NCBI GenBank assembly: GCA_963662605.1
Contig: OY759785.1
Coordinates: forward strand, 1,725,721-1,789,720
Origin: Ignavibacteriaceae bacterium
GTDB taxonomy: Bacteria; Bacteroidota; Ignavibacteria; Ignavibacteriales; Ignavibacteriaceae
Length of the DNA: 64,000 bases
Direction of reading: 5' to 3'
A program made the translations under genes and the position numbers. Under the pieces are notes generated by a model, which worked only from the letters and a program-made list of their open reading frames with translations, was not told where the DNA came from and did no database searches. Positions 38,148 to 46,097 of this stretch are shown here, one piece after another (the stretch's first letter is position 1; each line of letters opens with the position of its first letter).

Positions 38148-40945
38148 AAAAAATAGCAGTATTAATTTTAATTTGTTTTGTATCCGTTTTCGGCCAGGAA
38201 ACCGGCAGTATGTCGGGGAGAGTTACCGATAAGAAAACCGGTGAACCTTTACTTGGCGTAAACATCGTATTCAAAGGAACCTATTACGGTGCTGTGACGG
38301 ATATAAATGGCAGCTACCGGGTTAAAAATGTTAACGCCGGTACATATTACGTTGAAATTTCCTTCATTGGTTATAAAACGGTTCAATTCACCAGCACAAA
38401 GATTGTTTCAGGTGCCAATAAAGTTCTTGATGTCCAGATGGAAGAATCAATGCTGGCACTGGGTACTGATATTGTCGTTATCGGTGAAAAGCCTATGATG
38501 GATGTTGAAGAGACTCAAAGTAAACGATCATTCAACAAGGATGATATAGCAAACGCTAAGCTTGCGGATATCGGTGCTATTGTTACTCAGCAGGCGGGAG
38601 TTGTAGCTACCGATAACGAAATCCACATACGTGGTGGCAGAAGCAATGAAAACGCGTTTTTGCTCGATGGTGTGTCCGTACAGGATCCGTTGGCGGGAAC
38701 CGGTTTCGGTTTACAGCTTTCTGCTAACGCTATTGAAGAAGTTGAAGTTATCACCGGTGGTTATAATGCCGAATACGGACAAGCGACTTCCGGCGTTGTG
38801 AACGTGAAAACCCGTGAAGGCGGCGACAGGTATCATGGTTCTTTCTCTTACAAAACCGATAACATTATAGCTAAAAGTTCATTCCATAATTTCAATACTG
38901 ATATTGTTGAAGCCAACTTTAGCGGTCCGGAACCCTTAACCAAATACGCCTTGCCAGCACTTGGTTTGCAAATTCCGGGTGAACTGATTTTCTTCGGCAA
39001 TTTCTATATGGGCATAACCGACGGTATTACGCAGGGTATGTATAAAGCGACTGCACATCAAACATACTCTTCGATTTTTCATGGTTCCACCTTTGCTCCC
39101 AGAGCAGAAAATAGCTGGTTCTGGCTTGGTAAACTGACCTACAAATACTCTCCGACTTTTAAGATTCAGTATTCGTTCAATCAGTCGGTAAGTATCAATC
39201 AGAATTCACAGTCTTTGCAGCAAAATCTAGAATATGTTGAGCCGAGTCCGGGATATCAGTATACTTTCCAGAATATTCTTGACAGTGCAAACACATATAC
39301 ACATAATAACGTTTATCAAGCGATAAGCATTACTCATACGCTAAGCCCTAAAACGTTCTATGAGTTGAAATTTAACTACTACTTTACCCATCTGCGTGCA
39401 GATGCAAACGGTAAGTATTATAAGAATTATAACCAACCAAAAGACATTACGAATTTCCCGGTTATTTATTATAACACCGATCGCGATACGCTTGGTGTGA
39501 TTCCCGGTGATGGATTCTGGGATGTCGGTAATCCATATACATGGCATGATCACTATGTTGAAGAGTATTCGGTAAAGGGCGATATCACAAGCTTCTTTGA
39601 TGAAAAAAACAAGTTTAAAGCGGGTTTTGAAAATTCATTCCAGGAGATGCAAGTTGTTGACATTTACCAGCCATGGATTGGCGAACTTGGTTTGAATAAT
39701 GACGTTTATAAAGTGTATCCCGCAAAGGGTGCATTCTATGCACAGGATAACATCAATTTCTCGGGTATGATCTTGAACTTTGGTTTGAGATTTGACTACT
39801 GGTTCCCGGGAAAATTTGTTGATGACGCGGTAAATAATCCTGATGTTGTCACAATTCCTGATCAAATCCGGAAAAACTACAAAGATGATACGTATAATTT
39901 CTTTGGAAGACGCTGGAAGGGAAGAATAAGTCCGCGTTTGGGTATCTCACATCCTGTTTCTGATTATCAAACTTTGTTTTTCTCATACGGACACTTTAGC
40001 AAATGGCCTAACCCTCAATTTGTTTACGCAAAGTTGAATCCGGTTAGTGCCCAGTCATCGTTCCAGAAATTCGGTAACCCGAATTTGAATCCTGAAACGA
40101 CTGTCGCCTATGAATTGGGTGTTAAGACACAATTTACATCAGATGATGTTTTAACACTTACTGCATATTATAAAGATATTTTTGATTACGTAAGCACCCG
40201 GTCAGCCATTATTAATTCAGCTCGTTTATCAACAACCAGTTTGACGACATATGTTAACTCAGATTATGCCCGCTCCCGTGGTCTTGAATTAGAGTATAAA
40301 AAACGTATGGGTAAATGGTTTACCGGTGCATTGAATGCTACATACGCAATTGTCACAGGTAAGAGTTCTTCTCCGGATGAAGGTATTCTTGTACAAAGCG
40401 GAAGCTTGCAGGAAACAGTAAAGGAATTTTACATGACCTGGGATCGTCCTATCAACATATCTTTATCAACAAACTTTTATGTTGAAAGAGATAATCCGTT
40501 GTTCGGTTTCGGCAGCGGCATTCTGGATGATTACAATGTATTTATTCGTGTTCAGTTTGAATCAGGAAAGCGTTATACTCCTGCCTATTTTAATGGCGAT
40601 TACACCGCTGAAGGTAAGCCTGATTACGAATATATTACTACCGATCGCAATAATAAAATCGGACAAAATTGGTTTTGGGTTGATATGAACTTCGAGAAGA
40701 ATTTTTCGATCGGCAAATTGAGGTTCGCATTCTCAGTTGAAGTGAATAATTTGCTTGATCAAAAAAACTCTGCTATTATCAATCCGGTTACTGGAAAAGC
40801 TTATGAGGTCGGTCAAAATGGCCCGGCATCATGGAACGATTCGCGTTATCCTGATTTGCAGGCTCCGATAAGCGCTACTCCGCTTAATCCGGCACGGTAT
40901 CTGACCAGAAGAAATGTCAAATGTGGAATTAGCTTAAGATTTTAA
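38144..40945 (+). CDS. TonB-dependent receptor with N-terminal carboxypeptidase-regulatory-like domain
   Basis: Signal peptide followed by the CarboxypepD_reg segment GRVTDKKTGEPLLGVNIVFKGTYYGAVTDINGSYRV. The plug region reads IHIRGGRSNENAFLLDGVSVQDP and GGYNAEYGQATSGVVNVKTREG. The C-terminal residue is Phe. Confidence 0.85.
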   Translation: MKKIAVLILICFVSVFGQETGSMSGRVTDKKTGEPLLGVNIVFKGTYYGAVTDINGSYRVKNVNAGTYYVEISFIGYKTVQFTSTKIVSGANKVLDVQMEESMLALGTDIVVIGEKPMMDVEETQSKRSFNKDDIANAKLADIGAIVTQQAGVVATDNEIHIRGGRSNENAFLLDGVSVQDPLAGTGFGLQLSANAIEEVEVITGGYNAEYGQATSGVVNVKTREGGDRYHGSFSYKTDNIIAKSSFHNFNTDIVEANFSGPEPLTKYALPALGLQIPGELIFFGNFYMGITDGITQGMYKATAHQTYSSIFHGSTFAPRAENSWFWLGKLTYKYSPTFKIQYSFNQSVSINQNSQSLQQNLEYVEPSPGYQYTFQNILDSANTYTHNNVYQAISITHTLSPKTFYELKFNYYFTHLRADANGKYYKNYNQPKDITNFPVIYYNTDRDTLGVIPGDGFWDVGNPYTWHDHYVEEYSVKGDITSFFDEKNKFKAGFENSFQEMQVVDIYQPWIGELGLNNDVYKVYPAKGAFYAQDNINFSGMILNFGLRFDYWFPGKFVDDAVNNPDVVTIPDQIRKNYKDDTYNFFGRRWKGRISPRLGISHPVSDYQTLFFSYGHFSKWPNPQFVYAKLNPVSAQSSFQKFGNPNLNPETTVAYELGVKTQFTSDDVLTLTAYYKDIFDYVSTRSAIINSARLSTTSLTTYVNSDYARSRGLELEYKKRMGKWFTGALNATYAIVTGKSSSPDEGILVQSGSLQETVKEFYMTWDRPINISLSTNFYVERDNPLFGFGSGILDDYNVFIRVQFESGKRYTPAYFNGDYTAEGKPDYEYITTDRNNKIGQNWFWVDMNFEKNFSIGKLRFAFSVEVNNLLDQKNSAIINPVTGKAYEVGQNGPASWNDSRYPDLQAPISATPLNPARYLTRRNVKCGISLRF

Positions 40946-40947
40946 CT

Positions 40948-41928
40948 ATGAAAAATATCATTTTTGTAATTATACTGTTTACTCTATCCTTAACAGAACT
41001 GCACGCACAATTGTTTCCGGTTCTGGGGGGACAAAGAGCTGGAATTTCAACAGCCGAGTTCCTCAAGATCGGTGTTGGCGGCAGGGCATCTGCCATGGGC
41101 GATGCGTTCGTTGCGCTTAGTAACGATGCCTCCAGTCTATACTGGAACCCGGCCGGACTCGTCCAATTTGATAAGGATGAGGTTCTTTTTTCTCATAACA
41201 AGTGGGTCGTTGATATTAATCATGACTTTCTTGGAGCGGTGTATCATCTGGATGGCTCCAACGCGTTTGGACTTTCATTCACTTCGCTGACAATGGACGA
41301 TATGCCTGTAACCACTGAATTTATGCCTTTCGGAACCGGTGAGTATTTTACGTATAGCGATGTGGCTGTTGCCTTAACGTATTCCCGGAAAATGACAAGT
41401 CAGTTCAGCTTTGGCGGAAGTATCAAATATATGGAAGAGACGCTTGATAAACTGAAAATGCGCGGCGTTATGATTGACCTCGGTACATATTACTGGACCG
41501 GTTTAGGTACATCCCGTTTCGCCGTAACCGTTTCAAATTTCGGTAATAACCTGGCACCGGATGGAAAAGTTGTATTGGTGAGTAAGCGTTCGACTTCTAC
41601 TTGGCAATCCTTTTCACCTCCAACCATCTTCCGTATTGGTTTTGCATTTGAACCGTATCAGGATGAAATGAACAGAGTAACTGCTTCTGCTCAGCTTAAT
41701 CACCCGAACGATAACAGTGAAAACTTGTCAACCGGTGTTGAGTATTGCTGGAATAATATGTTGTTCCTCCGCGGTGGTTATAAATTTAACGTCGAAGAAC
41801 AAAATTATTCTTTCGGTGCCGGTTTTAAGGCACCAATCAGCTTTGCTAATGTTACCGTAGATTACAGTTTTTCTAATTTTGAAAAATTAGGTTCAGCTCA
41901 AAGATTTTCTATATCATTAGGTTTATAA
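40948..41928 (+). CDS. PorV/PorQ-family (FadL-fold) outer membrane protein
   Basis: Signal peptide followed by AGISTAEFLKIGVGGRASAMGDAFVALSNDASSLYWNPAGL, characteristic of PorV/PorQ-like proteins. Only 2 nt separate it from the TBDR stop. Confidence 0.65.
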   Translation: MKNIIFVIILFTLSLTELHAQLFPVLGGQRAGISTAEFLKIGVGGRASAMGDAFVALSNDASSLYWNPAGLVQFDKDEVLFSHNKWVVDINHDFLGAVYHLDGSNAFGLSFTSLTMDDMPVTTEFMPFGTGEYFTYSDVAVALTYSRKMTSQFSFGGSIKYMEETLDKLKMRGVMIDLGTYYWTGLGTSRFAVTVSNFGNNLAPDGKVVLVSKRSTSTWQSFSPPTIFRIGFAFEPYQDEMNRVTASAQLNHPNDNSENLSTGVEYCWNNMLFLRGGYKFNVEEQNYSFGAGFKAPISFANVTVDYSFSNFEKLGSAQRFSISLGL

Positions 41929-41934
41929 AACGCA

Positions 41935-42975
41935 ATGAAAAAACTTTTATTATTACTACCGCTTGTTATTATATTTTTAGCCGGCTGTCAACCGGATAAA
42001 TTGGATTTAACCGAATTTAAGACTACTGCCACCCCAAATACAGGTGATACTATGTATATACGGTTGGGTGGTGAGTGGGGAGGCTTTAACAACCCAAGCG
42101 CATTGCTTATTGGGCATGAACCCTTTATATATGTCTGCGATAAAGATAATAATCGAATTGTTATGCTTAATACCGCCGGGACTGTTTTAGGTTTCTTATC
42201 AATTAAGCAGCCAGTTGCAATCGCGGAGGATTATAAAGATAATCTAATCGTTTGTGCTTCATTTGATACATTAATATTAGGTTCTACAGTAACTTATAGT
42301 GCTGTTTATAAAATCAACCTGTATGAAGCACGCCATGTTATCGCTAACGCGAAAATGACCAGAATTTTACCTGTGAAACCGGCTGATTTTGTAGCGACAA
42401 GAAAATATACTGCTGTAGCAGCATTTTTTGACAATTCATATTATGTAGCTCGGTTTGGGCCTAATAATACCAGTGTTTATGATCCTGATAATTCAATATT
42501 GAAATTTTCAGGGGATACGTTGACTGGAAAAGTTAGCGGTCTTGATCCATTAAGTATAGGGCTAAAAACTGCTTATGGTATAAGTTCTATTACTCCCTTC
42601 TCAAAGCAGAACTTTGATTTTATAACTACATATAGCACTAATGTTAGTTTTAAAGCGATATGGTATGCAATTGATCTACAAGGCGATTACTATTCGAAAT
42701 TTTCTCCCGGCGACGGATCAGATTTTATTAAACCTGACAGGTTCCAAAATGCAACCGGTTCCTGCTTAGATGCATATGGAAATATTTTCATTGCGGATGC
42801 CGGAAAAGATAGTGTTTATAAATTCAATTCATCAGGTTATGAAATGCAATCGTTTGGTGGTACTTCAATATTCACGAAACCCGTCGCAGTCGGTCATTTT
42901 GACAAGATACTGTATGTCCTCGATGCCGGTAAAAATTCTATACTACGATTCATCTTATCAACGGACACTAAATGA
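41935..42975 (+). CDS. NHL-repeat-like beta-propeller lipoprotein
   Basis: Lipobox FLAGC. NHL-like repeats include DNNRIVMLNTAGTVLG, GNIFIADAGKDSVYKFNSSGYE and ILYVLDAGKNSILRF. Confidence 0.5.
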   Translation: MKKLLLLLPLVIIFLAGCQPDKLDLTEFKTTATPNTGDTMYIRLGGEWGGFNNPSALLIGHEPFIYVCDKDNNRIVMLNTAGTVLGFLSIKQPVAIAEDYKDNLIVCASFDTLILGSTVTYSAVYKINLYEARHVIANAKMTRILPVKPADFVATRKYTAVAAFFDNSYYVARFGPNNTSVYDPDNSILKFSGDTLTGKVSGLDPLSIGLKTAYGISSITPFSKQNFDFITTYSTNVSFKAIWYAIDLQGDYYSKFSPGDGSDFIKPDRFQNATGSCLDAYGNIFIADAGKDSVYKFNSSGYEMQSFGGTSIFTKPVAVGHFDKILYVLDAGKNSILRFILSTDTK

Positions 42976-45344
42976 GAAAAATATTTAGCCTGATTTTATT
43001 ATGCAGTTTGTCTGTTTTCGGACAGACCGTTGTTTCAATTTCTGCACTTCATACTAATAATGCCGCCGGTGTACCTGCCGATACTGCTACTCTTTATAAA
43101 GTTAAAGGGGTTGTTACGGCAACCAACCAGCTCGGTAATAATGCTACCTATGGCCCCGGAGCAATTCAGGATGAAACAGCCGGAATGACGGTTTATGGCA
43201 ACGCATTTGCATCAGGCTCTTCACTGGCAATAGGCGATACTGTTTGGGTTACTTCGCGCCTTGCATTCTACAACGGACTTACACAGCTTGATATGCGGAA
43301 AATAGCTGCTTCATCTACAGTAACTAAAGTTGCTTCAGGTAAAGCGCCAGAGCCTCAAGTTGTTACAATATATCAGATATTGAACCAGCAGTGGGCCGGA
43401 TATGAAGAATTTGAAAGCCGCCTGATTCGAATCAATAATGTTACTTTTTCTTCTACAGGTGCTTTTGCATCAGGTACAACAGGAAAAACTTACTCAATTA
43501 CGGATGGCACGAATTCTCTCGATTTTCGTTTAACATCCAATGCCGGTACCTCAATTAATAACCTCACTATTCCAACCGGCAAGTGTGATGTTATTGGTAT
43601 CATCAGCCAGTACAAAACATCAACTCCCTGGAATTCCGGTTATCAGTTGATGCCTCGTATGATCAGTGATATTGTTACCGATGCAACTCCTCTCGTTTAC
43701 AACAATCTTGTTGTAAACAACATTAAGACAGATGCATTTACCGTTAATTTCCAGACAGTAAGAGCTGGAAATACTCAGATTAAATACGGATTAACTTCAG
43801 CATTGGAATTGGATTCTGTGGTTATCGCAGGAGATACAACGAACCATAACGTTACTTTATCCGGATTGCAGCCGAATACATTATATTATTTCAAGGCAGT
43901 TTCTACTAATGCGGCTGGAACAAGTGAAAGTGCTATTCAGCAGGTCACAACCGCTTCCGGAAGCACAAAAACCGGAGCGATTAATGTTTATTTTAACATG
44001 CCGGTTGATACAAGTGTGGCGATAGCCGGAAACGCGGCAAAGGGCAGTATATCTTTTGAAGATAAACTTGTTGCCAGAGTAAATAATGCTGTTTATTCAA
44101 TTGACTTGGCTGTGTATAGCTTGAACGGTTTGAGTAATCTTACCTCGGCTTTGTTAAATGCTAAAAACAGAGGAATTAAAATTCGTCTTGTATACGATAG
44201 CCGAGACGGTAGTGCCACTCAGGCAAACGTCCAGACTCTCCTTAACGCCGGTATTTTAATGAGCCAAAGACCCGCGTCACTTTCCGGAATTATGCATAAT
44301 AAGTTTTTTGTCTTTGACAATCGTGATACCGTCTCGGATAATGATTGGGTATGGACGGGTTCATGGAATCCCAATAGTGCAGAAGTTGGATATAAAAACA
44401 ACGCACTGGAAATAAATGATCCGACTATTGCCTCTGCATACACAAAGGAATTTGAGGAAATGTGGGGGTCTAGTACCGATACTCCGAATTCATCCGCCGC
44501 TAAATTTGCGTATAATAAGACTAACAATACTGCGCACTCATTTACTATCGGCGGCAGGGCAGTGAGATTATATTTCAGTCCTTCTGATGGTGTAACATCA
44601 CAAATTTCTTCTACTATTGCTACGGCTCAAACGAGTATCTATTTTGCTGTAATGTCCTTCACGAAGAACGATTTAGGGCAGGCGATATACTACCGTTACA
44701 GTACCGGAGTAAAAGATATTAAAGGTATCATCAACAATATTAATGATACCGGCAGTGAATACGCGTATCTGCAAAACTACGGCAGCGTTGTAGCTGATGC
44801 AGGTGCCACCAATTCATCTGTCACATTACATGACAAATACGCCATTATTGATAGTTATACTGCAAATAGTGACCCTACGGTTATTACCGGCTCGCATAAC
44901 TGGTCGGCTGCTGCTGAAACAAACAATGATGAGAATACTCTTATCATTACCGATTTCAAAATTGCTAATCAGTACATGCAGGACTTTAAGAAACGTTACA
45001 ATGACGCTGGCGGTACGGGTACATTTGTTATTCCTACAGATGTAAAAGATACAAAGAACTCTGTTAAAGAATATGATGCTCATTTGTATCAAAACTATCC
45101 GAATCCGTTTAACCCTGTTACAACGATTCGTTTCGAGACTACTCATTCACAGAATGTGAAAATCGAAGTCTATAATGCGTTAGGTCAGAAAGTTGCAACA
45201 GTATTTGACCGGATTGTTAATCCCGGTATTTATGCGGTTGATTTCAATTCAGCATCACTCGGAAATGTCTCCAGCGGCATTTATTACTACCGCCTTACCG
45301 CCGGTGTTTACAGTGATGTAAAGAAAATGATTTTGATGAAGTAA
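42972..45344 (+). CDS. Secreted phospholipase D/nuclease-family protein (two HKD motifs) with OB-like N-terminal module, FN3 domain and T9SS C-terminal sorting domain
   Basis: HKD1 is HNKFFVFD...GSWN (44295-44318) and HKD2 is HDKYAIID...GSHNWS (44829-44852). An FN3-like segment reads FTVNFQTVRAGNTQIKYG...YYFKAVSTNAAG. The C-terminus is NYPNPFNPVTTIRFE...GIYYYRL...KKMILMK. The start overlaps the upstream stop (ATGA). Confidence 0.8.
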   Translation: MRKIFSLILLCSLSVFGQTVVSISALHTNNAAGVPADTATLYKVKGVVTATNQLGNNATYGPGAIQDETAGMTVYGNAFASGSSLAIGDTVWVTSRLAFYNGLTQLDMRKIAASSTVTKVASGKAPEPQVVTIYQILNQQWAGYEEFESRLIRINNVTFSSTGAFASGTTGKTYSITDGTNSLDFRLTSNAGTSINNLTIPTGKCDVIGIISQYKTSTPWNSGYQLMPRMISDIVTDATPLVYNNLVVNNIKTDAFTVNFQTVRAGNTQIKYGLTSALELDSVVIAGDTTNHNVTLSGLQPNTLYYFKAVSTNAAGTSESAIQQVTTASGSTKTGAINVYFNMPVDTSVAIAGNAAKGSISFEDKLVARVNNAVYSIDLAVYSLNGLSNLTSALLNAKNRGIKIRLVYDSRDGSATQANVQTLLNAGILMSQRPASLSGIMHNKFFVFDNRDTVSDNDWVWTGSWNPNSAEVGYKNNALEINDPTIASAYTKEFEEMWGSSTDTPNSSAAKFAYNKTNNTAHSFTIGGRAVRLYFSPSDGVTSQISSTIATAQTSIYFAVMSFTKNDLGQAIYYRYSTGVKDIKGIINNINDTGSEYAYLQNYGSVVADAGATNSSVTLHDKYAIIDSYTANSDPTVITGSHNWSAAAETNNDENTLIITDFKIANQYMQDFKKRYNDAGGTGTFVIPTDVKDTKNSVKEYDAHLYQNYPNPFNPVTTIRFETTHSQNVKIEVYNALGQKVATVFDRIVNPGIYAVDFNSASLGNVSSGIYYYRLTAGVYSDVKKMILMK

Positions 45345-45349
45345 AAGTC

Positions 45350-45380
45350 AGGGCATGTGAAAACATGCCCTTGCTAATTT
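45350..45380 (+). terminator. Probable terminator after the PLD-CTD gene
   Basis: AGGGCATGT-GAAA-ACATGCCCT followed by a weak T-tract (TGCTAATTTT). Confidence 0.5.
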
Positions 45381-45413
45381 TACCGAAAAACTCTATTTTT
45401 ACATATCGTTTTT

Positions 45414-45469
45414 GGGGCTATAGCTCAGCTGGGAGAGCGTCCCGATAGCATCGGGAAGGTCAGCGGTTC
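45414..45469 (+). pseudogene. Truncated 5' fragment of a tRNA-Ala-like gene (acceptor 5' strand to T-loop TTC), anticodon-loop ATAGCAT
   Basis: GGGGCTA-TA-GCTC-AGCTGGGA-GAGC-G-TCCCG-ATAGCAT-CGGGA-AGGTC-AGCGG-TTC, then unrelated AGAGCTAATAAAG. No 3' T-stem or acceptor strand follows. Confidence 0.7.
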
Positions 45470-45493
45470 AGAGCTAATAAAGAAGTTTAGTAT

Positions 45494-45566
<73 letters not shown>

Positions 45567-45570
45567 CTAA

Positions 45571-45595
45571 GGGACGCAAACGCGTCCCTTTTTTT
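45571..45595 (+). terminator. Rho-independent terminator after tRNA-Ala
   Basis: GGGACGC-AAAC-GCGTCCC followed by seven T residues. Confidence 0.85.
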
Positions 45596-45634
45596 ATGTC
45601 TGTAGTTACCAATCACATTGTGGTTATTGGATGC

Positions 45635-45743
45635 ATGGTGGTAGCTCATCTTATGTAAAGCTGTCAAGTTGGGAGAGCGTCCCGATGCATCGGGAAGGTC
45701 AGCGGTTCCTCGCAGAGTCCCGTGGAGATCCCGCTTAGCTCCA
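45635..45743 (+). pseudogene. tRNA-Ala-like module 1 (disrupted: D-loop and T-loop insertions, 6-nt anticodon loop, mispaired acceptor stem)
   Basis: ATGGTGG-TA-GCTCA-[TCTTATGTAAAGCTGTCAA]-GTTGGGAGAGCG-TCCCG-ATGCAT-CGGGA-AGGTCAGCGGTTC-[CTCGCAGAGTCCCGTGGAG]-ATCCCGCTTAGCTCCA, aligned by eye to the intact gene. Confidence 0.65.
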
Positions 45744-45747
45744 CTAA

Positions 45748-45772
45748 GGGACGCAAACGCGTCCCTTTTTTT
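45748..45772 (+). terminator. Duplicate copy of the tRNA-Ala terminator inside repeat unit 2
   Basis: Identical GGGACGC-AAAC-GCGTCCC-T7. Confidence 0.8.
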
Positions 45773-45812
45773 ATGTCTGTAGTTACCCAATCACATTGTG
45801 GTTATTGGATGC

Positions 45813-45921
45813 ATGGTGGTAGCTCATCTTATGTAAAGCTGTCAAGTTGGGAGAGCGTCCCGATGCATCGGGAAGGTCAGCGGTTCCTCGCAGAGTCCCG
45901 TGGAGATCCCGCTTAGCTCCA
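45813..45921 (+). pseudogene. tRNA-Ala-like module 2 (copy of module 1)
   Basis: Same sequence as 45635-45743, shifted by 178 nt. Confidence 0.65.
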
Positions 45922-45925
45922 CAAA

Positions 45926-45948
45926 GTACGCATTTGCGTCTTTTTTTT
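45926..45948 (+). terminator. Weak hairpin + T8 (diverged homologue of the repeated terminator)
   Basis: ACGC-ATTT-GCGT followed by C and eight T residues. The flanks (CAAAG..., ...ATGTC) align with those of the repeated terminator. Confidence 0.5.
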
Positions 45949-46097
45949 ATGTCCTTGATATTTTCTCGCCGCTTAAATATGAGAAGAGTCACATTAAACA
46001 TTTCGAGAATATTTTCGCGGATTATTTGGATGCCGTGCATAATTTTATGAATTTTGAAATCACTTTAAAATAATACTGTATCCGTTACATTCTACAC

